A stretch of 55,173 nucleotides of DNA from a virus (Duplodnaviria; Caudoviricetes). Below the pieces are notes generated by a model, which saw only the letters and a list, made by a program, of their open reading frames with translations, was not told where the DNA came from and ran no database searches. The DNA lies in IMG/VR virus record IMGVR_UViG_3300006165_000006, positions 1 to 55,173 of that record. The stretch is one strand, 5' to 3'. Numbering within the stretch: the stretch's first letter is position 1; the number at the start of each line of letters is the position of its first letter. Shown here piece by piece: positions 20,500-31,138 of this stretch. Both the position numbers and the translations under genes were made by a program.

Positions 20500-21696
20500 T
20501 TAACTATCACTACCACCACCACCACCACCATAATAAATACTGGTGTTGGTTGGGCTTGTTGGTACCCTTGATTGTACTACACTTATCTTAGTTGATTTTT
20601 TAGGGCTTGGTTTTGAAAACTTAGGAATAGCAATATCTTTAGGTACTTCCTTTTTTATTTCCTCAGCTAACTCATAATCTTTTATATATGGTTTATCGGG
20701 AGTATCATTTGTTTTCTTAGTAACATTTACAGTTGCAGGTTTTGCGTTTATTACAACATCACTTTCCCTACGCTGTAATACCTTACCCACCTTATCATAA
20801 CTTTCATCAAAAATCTTATCTATATCAGTTTCAGTTTGAACAGTTCTCTTTGGTAAATAATATTCAATAACCTCAACGATTATCCTTTGTGCTACTGTAA
20901 ATACATCATTCTTTGAGAATGATAAAGATAAAGGTGTACGTTTAGGGTTTCCATAATTATTACTATTAATAGATGAATACCTATTAGAAAACTCATTAAA
21001 CATTGCCTCATTAAACTTACTATGAATTTTTGTCATCAATCTATCAAATCCAGCTATACCAAATTCAGCTACCATTTTTTCATACCACTTTTTAGTATAA
21101 ATCTTTTTTATAAATGAATCAATTGTTGTTGGAGTTATACTTTCAATAAATTTAGGAATGTATGGTACAATATCTTCTCTGAAATCTCTACCCTTAACCA
21201 TTACACCAAATCTTTGAAGTAAATCAGTTTTATCAGCTACATCATTTCGTAGTGGTAATAACTTTACTTCAGTTCTGGATGGTGATATTTCTTTAATCCA
21301 CAATTTTTCATTTGGTGATTCGTAACCAACTCTTTTATTTAATAAAGTAATTTGTGTTTTAAAAATACCATTATCATAACCAGCTTCGTTTATCAATTGT
21401 TCAGCATCTATAAAATACTCAGTTGGAAATTGAAATGCTTGGAATGTAGTACCATCAGCGATTAGAAAATAATCTTTAATATTTTCAGAGTTCATTGGTA
21501 TATATCGAATTAACTCTCCAAATTCACCTTGAGGTAATTGGTTATCATTAACATCATATAAGATAAACTCAATCATATCAGAATCGGTAAATCCAAAGAA
21601 AGATTGTAATGTACCCTCTGCGAAGATAGCTCTATCTTTAGATGATATTCGATATCCTTTATCGTCTATTATTTCTTTAAATGTTTTAATTGCCAT
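20500..21696 (-). CDS. Hypothetical protein, probably structural
   Basis: 398 aa ORF tightly packed in the baseplate operon; IKEISPSRTE motif. Confidence 0.6.
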   Translation of the reverse strand: MAIKTFKEIIDDKGYRISSKDRAIFAEGTLQSFFGFTDSDMIEFILYDVNDNQLPQGEFGELIRYIPMNSENIKDYFLIADGTTFQAFQFPTEYFIDAEQLINEAGYDNGIFKTQITLLNKRVGYESPNEKLWIKEISPSRTEVKLLPLRNDVADKTDLLQRFGVMVKGRDFREDIVPYIPKFIESITPTTIDSFIKKIYTKKWYEKMVAEFGIAGFDRLMTKIHSKFNEAMFNEFSNRYSSINSNNYGNPKRTPLSLSFSKNDVFTVAQRIIVEVIEYYLPKRTVQTETDIDKIFDESYDKVGKVLQRRESDVVINAKPATVNVTKKTNDTPDKPYIKDYELAEEIKKEVPKDIAIPKFSKPSPKKSTKISVVQSRVPTSPTNTSIYYGGGGGGSDS

Positions 21697-22857
21697 TTAT
21701 TCCTTGTTTTTTCTTAAATTAGTACTAAGGGTTACACTATCAGTTGTACCATCTGCGAATTTTACGTTTACATTAATTGCCATTCCTTTATAGTTTTGCC
21801 CTTTACCACTCCATGTACCCCAGAATCCTTGTTTATTTGGTTTGATATCGTAAACTACCGAAGTATCAAATTCACATTGATAAGTTTCAGAACTCTCAGG
21901 TTCGATTGATGTTGCTCCTGTAATGGGTTTTACAAATTTAGGGTCCCCAGTAAACGTAAATGATATTTCCGTTATTTTATTATCAGTAGTAACGTTACTC
22001 ACTTCGATTGTGTTTGTCATAGTGATACCATTCCCCACAACAGCTTTGTGAGAATGTTTAGCATAAAAGTCAGCTCCTAATTGTTCAGGATCACCATCTC
22101 CATTAGTTACCTTAACAGTAAATCCATTATCACCTCCACTAATAGCACCTTCTGCAGTTTGAGCAGCCAATCCAAATAGTTGTTCTCTTAATGATTCGTT
22201 TTCTTGCAGTAAAGCTTGATTTCGTGCGGTTAAAGATACTCTTTGAATTGCTTCATTAATTGAGTTCTGAATTGCGTTTGATAAATCTATTGTAGTTTCA
22301 CCAACTTGTACATTAGCAACCCTAGCTTGCTCCGCTGCTATATTTGCTCTAAGTTTTTCATTATCAGCTACTATCTTTAAACTCTCACTTACAATTTCTA
22401 ATTCTTGTATTTCGGAGTTTAAGGTAGATACCTCAGTTGTTAATATTTGTACCTCTACTGTTAAATCATTTACGGATTGAGTTACTACATTGTAAACCGA
22501 ACGTAATACTGTATCAGGTAATTCTACTGGGGTTTGTGGTATTAGTTCAAATATAGTAGTATCAATTGATTTTTTCAACTCAGTATTATCATACTTCGCT
22601 CTAACTAACTTACCACTAATAATCCCTCCATCAACCTCATTAGAGGTTATAAAACCAGCTTCACTTAAATTACCATAATTATCACTTGGTATATCCGATA
22701 AATCAGGGTACCCTTTTACCATTGGTACCAGCGGCTTTCTTTTTTGCTTTCTAGCAATACGAAGTCCTTTCGAATTCTTTTGTGGTAGCACAGCCGAACC
22801 CGATACTAATATCTTCTGAACCCTTTGTTCGTTATTTAAACCAGTTTGTTGTTTCAT
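21697..22857 (-). CDS. Hypothetical coiled-coil protein with beta-rich C-domain
   Basis: Heptad-like central region; 386 aa. Confidence 0.6.
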   Translation of the reverse strand: MKQQTGLNNEQRVQKILVSGSAVLPQKNSKGLRIARKQKRKPLVPMVKGYPDLSDIPSDNYGNLSEAGFITSNEVDGGIISGKLVRAKYDNTELKKSIDTTIFELIPQTPVELPDTVLRSVYNVVTQSVNDLTVEVQILTTEVSTLNSEIQELEIVSESLKIVADNEKLRANIAAEQARVANVQVGETTIDLSNAIQNSINEAIQRVSLTARNQALLQENESLREQLFGLAAQTAEGAISGGDNGFTVKVTNGDGDPEQLGADFYAKHSHKAVVGNGITMTNTIEVSNVTTDNKITEISFTFTGDPKFVKPITGATSIEPESSETYQCEFDTSVVYDIKPNKQGFWGTWSGKGQNYKGMAINVNVKFADGTTDSVTLSTNLRKNKE

Positions 22858-22858
22858 C

Positions 22859-23923
22859 TTATCCTATTATACTAAATGTATAATCTCCATCAAAGAATTG
22901 AGGTGTTCCATCAATTACAACTTTGAATTCTATTTTATATATTCTATCAACTTCCCAATTGGATAAGTTTAATTTAAAATAATTACCATCACTATCACAA
23001 CTTAATTTTGTAAAATTACTAAACGGAATGATTACATCATCTGAATGATAATCTTTAATTTGGTAATACGATAATGTAGGTAAGAATTTACTTATACCAT
23101 ATTGTGCAGTAGATGTGAATGATTTTAACGGATATAAATCCCTACCTATCACTCTCAATTTTGGAGTTGTATTTACTCTGTATTCTTTTCTAAAGTTTCT
23201 AATACCAACTTTAATTTCTTCCGATACCAGTTCAGTTAGAGAGCCAGTTGTAAATATCACATCATCCCAGCCTATTCTTAATTTAGGCTGATGTATTGTG
23301 TGAGTTTCTTTACTAAATAATTTTAAGATACCATAATCCGTAGAATCACCTTCACTTTCAAATGGAAGTTTAAGTACTAGCCCATCATTTGGTATAGACC
23401 CACTAATCCAATCTTCAACAATATCCTTAACATCCATATTAACATCGGATGTCATATATTGGAAGTTTTGAGTACTATAAACTGAATCATAGAATGTACC
23501 ACCTAATCCAGCGTATGAACCAGTTGATAATTCTGAGAACTCAGCAGTTTGTAGCCAACGTTGAGTTGTATCACCTTCCCTATTGTTCCAAGTTACACCA
23601 GCAGTTGATACATTATCAAATCTAGTACCATTACCCATTTCCCAACTTTGTGAGATTGGATATGCTTCTAATGTGAATTCTAATGGTAGTTCCTCTGAAT
23701 CAGTTTCTCTCAATATAAGAGTTGCCTCATCCAACTTTACATCACCACTAACAATACTACCAGATACCCCAGTTAAATCAAATTTAAGGAGTGCTCTTGA
23801 TACATCTTTGATGTTACCATAATATACCTTACTAACTTCTAATACCTCATCTAAACCAGTGTTTTGGTCAGGTTGTTGTAAGTAAACCGATGCATCTTTT
23901 GATGCTGTTAAAAAGTAATACAT
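22859..23923 (-). CDS. Putative structural protein (DNRLRE/disaggregatase-like beta domain)
   Basis: KDASVY...RALLKFD...VTW...NDGLVLK...FSKE...PKL pattern. Confidence 0.5.
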   Translation of the reverse strand: MYYFLTASKDASVYLQQPDQNTGLDEVLEVSKVYYGNIKDVSRALLKFDLTGVSGSIVSGDVKLDEATLILRETDSEELPLEFTLEAYPISQSWEMGNGTRFDNVSTAGVTWNNREGDTTQRWLQTAEFSELSTGSYAGLGGTFYDSVYSTQNFQYMTSDVNMDVKDIVEDWISGSIPNDGLVLKLPFESEGDSTDYGILKLFSKETHTIHQPKLRIGWDDVIFTTGSLTELVSEEIKVGIRNFRKEYRVNTTPKLRVIGRDLYPLKSFTSTAQYGISKFLPTLSYYQIKDYHSDDVIIPFSNFTKLSCDSDGNYFKLNLSNWEVDRIYKIEFKVVIDGTPQFFDGDYTFSIIG

Positions 23924-25957
23924 TTATTTAGCTCTTCCTTTTATATCCACATCTGGAAATTTAATTTCAAATACTGACGGGTCTAAAGATGGATATAAAA
24001 TCTTATCTTTAATTGCAGCTTCTATGTTATATGAATTAGGTGCGTAGTTTCCATGACACTTATTCACTATCTCTAATTTTGGAACTGAACTCACACCATC
24101 AACGTTTGCCAATAGTAATTCTAATTCCGAAATGTTTATAGTATTATTGAATGTCCAATTATTAATATCAAAATAATCTTTCATATCACTAATACACTCA
24201 GTAATAACTTCACTCTTATTATAGTTGTTTAAAGTTATTACTTCAAAGTTAATCCCAATATTGATAATATACCCATCGGAAATATTAACACCATCAGTTA
24301 GAACTTTATATTCGTTTAAATATGTTTTTAGGTTTTCCTTAACCGCTTGATTTAAGTTTGTTAACTTACCATTTCCATCATATCCTAATAAATAAAGATT
24401 GATTGCAAACGGATTATTCTTTTCATTATCATTTGAGGTTTTACCGATTAAGAATTTCTGAAGTTCTTGTTGAACTGATTTTCTATCAGGCTCTTGCCTA
24501 TCCGGCTTATCAACAAATCCCATTACTATATCAGTAAACTCATTAAGAGCTTTAGGGGAAGCTAAAACAGAAGAAGGTGAGTTATTATCTAAAGTACCAT
24601 CTGCCGTAGCGAAAGCCTTTGCAATTGAACCAAATTTAGTTGGCATTGATAATACTCTAACCTGATAATCCTTAGCGGTTACTGCTCTATTTTGTGCTCC
24701 AAAGTTTGCTAATGCGTTTTCTCTTATTTCATCAACAGTATCACCACCCTTTCCACCAGTGGCAGGAACTTCGTTATCAACTGCTACTGAATTCTTAGTT
24801 GCGTTATATAATCCAACGGCGTTGTTACTCAACAATTGAACATCCTCTTCAAAGTCAATTGATGATATCTTTGTAAGTGACCCCTTAGATACATTAGAAC
24901 TAATACCACCACCAACTAAATACTTAACAGTCATAGTTGTATTTGATGGAGATGTTCCATATGTTTTTGTTTTTAAAAAGTTAGTTGGGTCAAATGATTC
25001 ATTTAACTTACTAATTGAATTAGGTAATCCTAATCCAACATTTTTTAAGTTTGGAATCAGTTGTTCATCGTTTGCAGTTGGGTCACCCGCTCCAAATTGA
25101 ATAGTAGTTGTACTATCACCATTTACCTTCTTAACAAATCTACGAGGAGTTTTTGTTGTTTTTAAAATATAAGGTACAGTTGTTTTAAATTGATATAAAT
25201 CAGGATCGTTTATTTCAGTATTTGGATAATCTTCAAATACCATCTCTTGTCCTAAATAAGGAACTTCATACCATTTGTTTCCATTTGAATCTCTTACATC
25301 GTAAATATCAATTACATTTGTATCACTTAACTCAATAGTTTGAAATGATTCATATGAACCAAATTCAACTTCTTTGGTTTCTATCCGAGCTGATATTGCT
25401 TGTACGTATTTCTTAACTAAATAGAATGTGGCTTCTCCACTTATACTATCAGTTTCATATATAGTTATTTCTCTATCAGTATCATCTGTAAAATCAACTA
25501 CATCTCTCGTTATAAACGATACATTGTTTTTATCAACAACTTGCATTCCTTCTTTAATAGTAAGTAAATAAGTTTTATCAAACGTATTACTACCACCTGT
25601 TCCAGTCGATGGAACCAACTGATAAACACTAAGTGTTGTTACCGATGGAGATGTTACTTTTGGCTTATATCCTAAGTATTGTGAAAGTGCTATTACATTT
25701 TCAATATCCTCAGCATGAACCATTAACGATTCCTTTAAGGTATCATCAACATAATATGAAAGTGAATCACCAATGTAAGATGCCATTTCTATGAACATCA
25801 TACCTGGCGATGATTCGTTAAAATCAGAATACGTTTTTGGGAAATAAGTTTTAGCAAACTCAATTAAGTTTCCTCTGTATTGAGCAAAATCTTTATTAAG
25901 GTATTTTATATCCTTACCTCTATTCTTAAAGTTTTTATTTGTTTTTGTTAATGCCAT
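23924..25957 (-). CDS. Baseplate wedge subunit, T4 gp6 / baseplate J-like
   Basis: YLNKDF, DFNESSPG, LSYYVD, LGYKP, IQFG, GG, QNRAVTAKDY. Confidence 0.88.
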   Translation of the reverse strand: MALTKTNKNFKNRGKDIKYLNKDFAQYRGNLIEFAKTYFPKTYSDFNESSPGMMFIEMASYIGDSLSYYVDDTLKESLMVHAEDIENVIALSQYLGYKPKVTSPSVTTLSVYQLVPSTGTGGSNTFDKTYLLTIKEGMQVVDKNNVSFITRDVVDFTDDTDREITIYETDSISGEATFYLVKKYVQAISARIETKEVEFGSYESFQTIELSDTNVIDIYDVRDSNGNKWYEVPYLGQEMVFEDYPNTEINDPDLYQFKTTVPYILKTTKTPRRFVKKVNGDSTTTIQFGAGDPTANDEQLIPNLKNVGLGLPNSISKLNESFDPTNFLKTKTYGTSPSNTTMTVKYLVGGGISSNVSKGSLTKISSIDFEEDVQLLSNNAVGLYNATKNSVAVDNEVPATGGKGGDTVDEIRENALANFGAQNRAVTAKDYQVRVLSMPTKFGSIAKAFATADGTLDNNSPSSVLASPKALNEFTDIVMGFVDKPDRQEPDRKSVQQELQKFLIGKTSNDNEKNNPFAINLYLLGYDGNGKLTNLNQAVKENLKTYLNEYKVLTDGVNISDGYIINIGINFEVITLNNYNKSEVITECISDMKDYFDINNWTFNNTINISELELLLANVDGVSSVPKLEIVNKCHGNYAPNSYNIEAAIKDKILYPSLDPSVFEIKFPDVDIKGRAK

Positions 25958-25961
25958 ATTC

Positions 25962-26390
25962 TTATCCCTGTGTGGTGAATGTTACTTCGTTTAAATCAGC
26001 GTTATCACCAATTCTAAATTTAACTGAAACGTTTATTCTATTGTTGTCCCTTAATGTATCGGATGCATCAATATCAATCTCTTCAGCGGTTACATATGGT
26101 AACCATTGTTCCAAGCTTTCATTTATAGTATCTTCAATCCTACCTTCAAAATCATCAACATTTGGTTCAAACAATAATGCTTGTAACCCACTTCCAAATT
26201 CAGGTTGTAATATTCGTTCACCCTTCTTTGTTAATAGGAGATTCTTAATATTAGATTTTACTTGTTCCGATGTTTGGAATGTTTGTTCGAATGCCGTATT
26301 GGTTATTTGAATAGGCAAAGATATACCAATCGCATAATCGTTAAATGATTGCGTATCCTTTACTATCTTTGAACCTAATTCAACTGCCAT
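25962..26390 (-). CDS. Baseplate gp25/GPW-like protein
   Basis: NIKNLLLTKKGERILQPEFGSGLQALLFEP. Confidence 0.92.
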   Translation of the reverse strand: MAVELGSKIVKDTQSFNDYAIGISLPIQITNTAFEQTFQTSEQVKSNIKNLLLTKKGERILQPEFGSGLQALLFEPNVDDFEGRIEDTINESLEQWLPYVTAEEIDIDASDTLRDNNRINVSVKFRIGDNADLNEVTFTTQG

Positions 26391-26398
26391 AATTTATA

Positions 26399-26977
26399 TT
26401 ACATTCCAGGTCTCCAAGAACCTTTTGATTTATCCATTGCTTTTATTAGTTCCGAATTATCTCTATTCAAAACTCTATCCAATCCAGCTAATCCAGTTGA
26501 AACACCCAATCCTTGCTTTTTACCAGCAGGTTGCATATCACCATACCCCATTTTATCAGCTATACTTTGTGCCCCCAACGTATGAGTACTTTGTGTTCCA
26601 TATTCTAATGTACTATCCGATACTTCAGTTGGTGCACCAGCATAAGCAGGCATTTTATCTAAAACACTCTTTGAAGTATTCTCACTTAAACTAAGTGGTT
26701 GTGTTTGGTTTAGTATTTGATTCAATACTGGATTCTTACTTAACACTCTTTGTGGTTCAGTAGTCTGTATTGATTCATTTACGGTCTCATCCATAAATGT
26801 AGGTTGCGTTGGTACTACTTGTTTCTTTGGTTTCAAAGCTTCTCTAAGTTGTTTATTTTCTTTTAACAACTTTGCCATTTCAGCTTTTACTCCAGCCTTT
26901 ACCAACTTAGGTAGAACTGCTTTTATCTCACCTTCTACAATAAATTGAATTGCTTTTATTAATTTATCTGTATTCAT
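26399..26977 (-). CDS. Hypothetical protein
   Basis: 192 aa ORF with upstream ATATTTAT motif. Confidence 0.7.
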   Translation of the reverse strand: MNTDKLIKAIQFIVEGEIKAVLPKLVKAGVKAEMAKLLKENKQLREALKPKKQVVPTQPTFMDETVNESIQTTEPQRVLSKNPVLNQILNQTQPLSLSENTSKSVLDKMPAYAGAPTEVSDSTLEYGTQSTHTLGAQSIADKMGYGDMQPAGKKQGLGVSTGLAGLDRVLNRDNSELIKAMDKSKGSWRPGM

Positions 26978-27034
26978 TTTACTTTAGTTTGTATTACTCT
27001 CCTTATAAATATTTGATTTAAGTATTTTCGTTTT

Positions 27035-27910
27035 TTAATCGCAACAACATCCATCATCTTCAAGTTGTTGTTGAAAACTAGCTATATAAGCCCTTACATC
27101 AAACGAGTCAACACTCATATCAGGTAATGTTACATTTATCACATTTTGCAATGAAGTATTTCCACCCAATGTATCACTCACTCCATCATTAGACCCATCA
27201 TCTTGTCCATCATTAGACCCATCATTAGAATCGACATCCCCACCATTTTCATTTGTTGGTGGTGTAATAATATCAGCTTCAGATATTTCAATTACAGGTG
27301 GCTCAGTATTATCATCAGATGGATAGTTAATATTTGGTATTGGTATTGTTGGTGGTACTATGTATCCAGTCCAAGGTATAATACCCGGAGCAGGTATTGG
27401 GGTTGGTGCAGATGGATACAATGATGTGGTTTGTATAATTCCCCCTATTGAAAACAAATGTATTAAAGCGGCTATTATAAACATATCAACCAGTATCTCC
27501 TGCTTTGATACTGGTTTGATTGGTGGGTACATTGGCCATGTTCCCACATTAGTTACTATATTTGAGTTTACTATTAGATTTTGTATTGAGCCTGGTGCTG
27601 GTATTAGTGGTATTGGGAATGGTTTCATTGATGCACCTGCCCAATATGCCTTTACACCACTACCAAATTCATTTACTAATGAGAATTTATCCGATGGGGA
27701 TGACATTCCTTTTAGTAATGCAACAAAAAATAGAGTTTCCATTATTTGCTTATTACCAACTTGTATAGATTCAAAGTTTATGAAATCAATTCCACGTTTT
27801 ACGGCAGCATCATATTCTTCAGCCCAAACTTTAGCTACTGTTTTAACTGTGTTGGAATTAATTACACCAGTCTTTCTTATTACATTTAGTTTGAATAGAC
27901 CCCAAGACAT
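27035..27910 (-). CDS. Hypothetical protein, Pro-rich, downstream of the spike-like gene
   Basis: 291 aa; directly abuts the gp5-like gene. Confidence 0.65.
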   Translation of the reverse strand: MSWGLFKLNVIRKTGVINSNTVKTVAKVWAEEYDAAVKRGIDFINFESIQVGNKQIMETLFFVALLKGMSSPSDKFSLVNEFGSGVKAYWAGASMKPFPIPLIPAPGSIQNLIVNSNIVTNVGTWPMYPPIKPVSKQEILVDMFIIAALIHLFSIGGIIQTTSLYPSAPTPIPAPGIIPWTGYIVPPTIPIPNINYPSDDNTEPPVIEISEADIITPPTNENGGDVDSNDGSNDGQDDGSNDGVSDTLGGNTSLQNVINVTLPDMSVDSFDVRAYIASFQQQLEDDGCCCD

Positions 27911-29128
27911 TTATGATGTTTTATTTAAGTTACTCAACATAGTTTTGAGTGATGACTTTACTTTTGTGAAAGATGCAACGTTAAGTGGAGGTGCTGATAA
28001 TCCAGCTGGTGTTATATGAGTCATTACTTCAATAGCAGATATTAATTCAGTCATTAAATTAACTAAAGTTTCACCCCTAACTAATGATTCTAAATTAGCA
28101 TCACCAATATTAACTTTACCATTACCAGTATTTAAATTAATATTCCTATCATTTGTTTTATAATTAGTATCACCATCCAATGTAACATCAATACCTTTAG
28201 TAGAATCAATTGAAAACAAACCATCAGTTATAAAACCTACATCTTTTTTTGCTGAGAATATCATTTCAGCTGCTTTTGCCGAAAGTATTATTCTATCAGA
28301 ATTTAATACTATTTGATTTCCTTTGAGCTCAGAAGGGTAAGTTGAAAATGATTGATGTGAATTATCCGTTGGTAATGTATATGGTAATAAATACTCACCA
28401 CTTCCTAAGAATATAATGTTACCATCTTTATTTATATCTTCAATCGTTGTTGTTGATGTATCCTTTTGTCTTGATTCAGCATTTTCACCATTTCGTATTG
28501 TTATGGTTGGGTTTAATTCTGATTCTGGGTTATTATATCCACTAAATCGTATTGATTGACCAAATCTACTTTCTATATAAGAATCACCCTCATATAACTT
28601 TAACTTATGTACAAACTCATCAAATTCAAAGTAATCACCATATCCATCTGTTTCATTACTACCATCTGCATTACTCCTAGCTATACCAGTTGCACCTACA
28701 CTTTGGTAAGTTGAACTACTTTTAGTTTTTGCTTTACTATCGGTACCAAACGTTGATTTTATAGCAGTTTCATCTGAATTAATATTTGGTGTAAGTTCAG
28801 TACCACTACGTTCATAAAAGAAGTTACCAACTGCACCAGTTGTTATAGTAACCATCTCATTCTTCAATGGTAATGTTTTAAAATTTAAGTTTTTAGGATA
28901 TGCTGTTTGGAGTTTACCAGTATTAGCAGATGTATCATTTGTTAATCTAAATCTAATAGCTCCAACTAATCTTGTTGTTTGCTCATCAACTTCTACTTCT
29001 GGAATAAATGGATTTTCATCATCTAAGATTACCTCATATACAATACCAGACATCTTAGCGTTTTTTGCTGCACGCTTATTATTCTGATTAGATTGGATAT
29101 TCTGCTGCCTTGCGTTACCTAATCCCAT
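27911..29128 (-). CDS. Baseplate hub/central spike gp5-like protein
   Basis: LPLKNEMV OB-fold end, EGD-x-x-IESRFGQSIRF, beta-helix-like region, terminal MTHITPAG His motif. Confidence 0.6.
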   Translation of the reverse strand: MGLGNARQQNIQSNQNNKRAAKNAKMSGIVYEVILDDENPFIPEVEVDEQTTRLVGAIRFRLTNDTSANTGKLQTAYPKNLNFKTLPLKNEMVTITTGAVGNFFYERSGTELTPNINSDETAIKSTFGTDSKAKTKSSSTYQSVGATGIARSNADGSNETDGYGDYFEFDEFVHKLKLYEGDSYIESRFGQSIRFSGYNNPESELNPTITIRNGENAESRQKDTSTTTIEDINKDGNIIFLGSGEYLLPYTLPTDNSHQSFSTYPSELKGNQIVLNSDRIILSAKAAEMIFSAKKDVGFITDGLFSIDSTKGIDVTLDGDTNYKTNDRNINLNTGNGKVNIGDANLESLVRGETLVNLMTELISAIEVMTHITPAGLSAPPLNVASFTKVKSSLKTMLSNLNKTS

Positions 29129-29129
29129 A

Positions 29130-29525
29130 TTATTTTTCTAATTTTTGCTTTACTTCTTCAATTTCATTTTGCATATCATCCAAACGTTCTACTTCTGCCG
29201 CTACATCATCTATTTGTGAAAGTAGTTGTTCTCTCTCAGCATCCGATAAGTATCCGGCTTCACCATCACTCTTAGTACCAGCAATCATAATACGTTGTGC
29301 GATTGTTGCAAGTTTAAGTAATGATTCATCGTTACGAACTGATGTATCTATTAAATCTTTAATAAGTGGTCCGATGTATCTCATATCGTTAGGAGTTTTT
29401 ACTAACTTACGTAGTTCAGCAATTACCTCAGAGATATTTCTCTTCTTATTAATTTGGTTGTTATAGATATCCTCAAAAAGTCCACTTAAACTTTTACCAG
29501 GAAATATTTCGAAATCATTTGACAT
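29130..29525 (-). CDS. Hypothetical helical protein
   Basis: 131 aa ORF with upstream ATATTTAT motif. Confidence 0.7.
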   Translation of the reverse strand: MSNDFEIFPGKSLSGLFEDIYNNQINKKRNISEVIAELRKLVKTPNDMRYIGPLIKDLIDTSVRNDESLLKLATIAQRIMIAGTKSDGEAGYLSDAEREQLLSQIDDVAAEVERLDDMQNEIEEVKQKLEK

Positions 29526-29566
29526 AGCATATTGATATTGTGTTCAATATATAAATATCATTAAAT

Positions 29567-29593
29567 GAAAAACCCCCACCGAAGTGAGGGTTT
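29567..29593 (-). terminator. Rho-independent terminator with cUUCGg loop
   Basis: Minus strand AAACCCTCAC-TTCG-GTGGGGGTTT-TTT. Confidence 0.85.
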
Positions 29594-29616
29594 GTAATAT
29601 AAGTAGTAATTAATAT

Positions 29617-30342
29617 TTAGTATGTAAAGAATTCATCTTCATCTGGGCTATCGGATACTTCACCATGATCTAAATATTCATTTAACATTCGTTTTTGGTG
29701 AGTTTTCATAACATTAACAACCTTAGTTATGTAATGAGTTTTACAATCAGTCATTTCTCTGATTAAAAGATATAAATGCTTTTTATTAAAGTTTTCTATA
29801 AATTGACTTCGTCTAAACAATTCCAATATAGCATCTGCGATTTGGATATCTCTCTTTTTAGAAAACACTTTTGTTAAATTCTTATCCCAATACTTTAACA
29901 TAAGTTCTTTGAACTCATTATACTCTGTACCAACTTCATTTTGATAGAAGTTATCTTCTGGATTCCACGATTCAGGCATTTGGGAAAGTAGTGCGGTTTT
30001 CTTATAACGTTTATAGTTTCCGTTGTTTTGTAAAATTAAATGATTCTTTGCAACAATTGAAAAGTATGAAAATGCTCTACCCTTATCCGGCTTAAACATA
30101 TGTATTTTTTGTATTAATACTGATACTACTTCATTTTGAATATCAATTTTAGGTACATCAAAGTATGAGAACTTAAATGTATTCATAATATTCTCAGCTA
30201 ACTTTTCAAATGGAAATTGGATACGTTCTTTATATATCTTATTTCGTAAACGTTCATCAGTTGATGCATTGTACTCAACGATTGCGTCTTGTGCGGGGGT
30301 TCCGAAGTATATTTTTGATTTCTTTTTTCTTGGTTTTGCCAT
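29617..30342 (-). CDS. Phage sigma factor, T4 gp55-like (probable start MAKPRKKK)
   Basis: EKLAENIMNTFKF...FKPDKGRAFSYFSIVAKN resembles sigma region 2. Confidence 0.65.
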   Translation of the reverse strand: MAKPRKKKSKIYFGTPAQDAIVEYNASTDERLRNKIYKERIQFPFEKLAENIMNTFKFSYFDVPKIDIQNEVVSVLIQKIHMFKPDKGRAFSYFSIVAKNHLILQNNGNYKRYKKTALLSQMPESWNPEDNFYQNEVGTEYNEFKELMLKYWDKNLTKVFSKKRDIQIADAILELFRRSQFIENFNKKHLYLLIREMTDCKTHYITKVVNVMKTHQKRMLNEYLDHGEVSDSPDEDEFFTY

Positions 30343-30349
30343 AATAATT

Positions 30350-30613
30350 TTAGATGATGTTTTTGTATGTTTCAATAACATCTTTTAGTTCTTTAAATAC
30401 TACACCCACTTCATCATCAGATTCAAAAGAACCTTTTAAATCCAACTGTCTCATTTCCTCTAACATTGCTTCCAATCGTTGTTGGGTGTTTTCAACTATC
30501 GTAATTGAATTACGCTGTGTTAGTTCTACTTGTGAAATCAATCTAATACCACGTCTTATTAAAAAGATATTTAGTATGATTGATATTCCGAGTGTAATAT
30601 ATAAAATTTCCAT
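30350..30613 (-). CDS. Hypothetical protein with N-terminal TM helix
   Basis: Hydrophobic N-terminus followed by a coiled coil. Confidence 0.7.
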   Translation of the reverse strand: MEILYITLGISIILNIFLIRRGIRLISQVELTQRNSITIVENTQQRLEAMLEEMRQLDLKGSFESDDEVGVVFKELKDVIETYKNII

Positions 30614-30630
30614 AGTTTAAAAGATATTTA

Positions 30631-30662
30631 CAAATATACGAAAAATAATTCACATATCCTAA
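30631..30662 (-). promoter_or_regulatory. Bacteroidota sigma70-type promoter upstream of the sigma-factor operon
   Basis: TTAG-N20-TATATTTG with the same TTCG extension. Confidence 0.6.
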
Positions 30663-30668
30663 TTTAGT

Positions 30669-30890
30669 TTAAGCTTCTCCCTTCGGTCCCATAAATATAT
30701 GGGAGTAATCAGGTTCTTCTTCTGAATATTGTGTAACTTTTTCTAATTGTTTTATTTTTTCTATAATAGATTTATCCAATTCATCTTGGTCTATTATTCC
30801 AGCATCTATTAACGTATCCATTATAGTTTCAACTATAACTTCTAATGTTAATAACTTATGTAGCAGTACTTCTTCCATAACATCATCCAT
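30669..30890 (-). CDS. Hypothetical acidic protein
   Basis: 73 aa; overlapping stop/start with neighbour. Confidence 0.65.
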   Translation of the reverse strand: MDDVMEEVLLHKLLTLEVIVETIMDTLIDAGIIDQDELDKSIIEKIKQLEKVTQYSEEEPDYSHIFMGPKGEA

Positions 30891-31138
30891 TATATTAAAG
30901 AACCAGTTGTTATATTCATTGAATTAATTAGTTGTTCAAATTCCTTATTTAGTTCTGGTCTATTTTCGGTTTCACCAAAAGCTCTTTTGATTGATTTCGG
31001 TTGATACCCTATTGAACTTGCTAAACGGACACACATAATTTTGAATTCATATATGTTCATGTCATCGGGCATATCAAATGATATACTCATTGCTTCCCTA
31101 TTAGTGGGTTCTTCTGATTTGTATGATAGTATTGCCAT
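30890..31138 (-). CDS. Hypothetical protein
   Basis: 82 aa; overlapping stop/start. Confidence 0.65.
   Translation of the reverse strand: MAILSYKSEEPTNREAMSISFDMPDDMNIYEFKIMCVRLASSIGYQPKSIKRAFGETENRPELNKEFEQLINSMNITTGSLI

Noticed and set aside
27360-28019. 219 aa plus-strand ORF
   Set aside because: Fully antisense to two packed minus-strand genes; no recognisable motifs or promoter
11724-29128. Baseplate cluster as a bacterial eCIS, T6SS or tailocin
   Set aside because: Embedded among primase, recombination nuclease, sigma factor, PhoH and helicase genes with no bacterial housekeeping context
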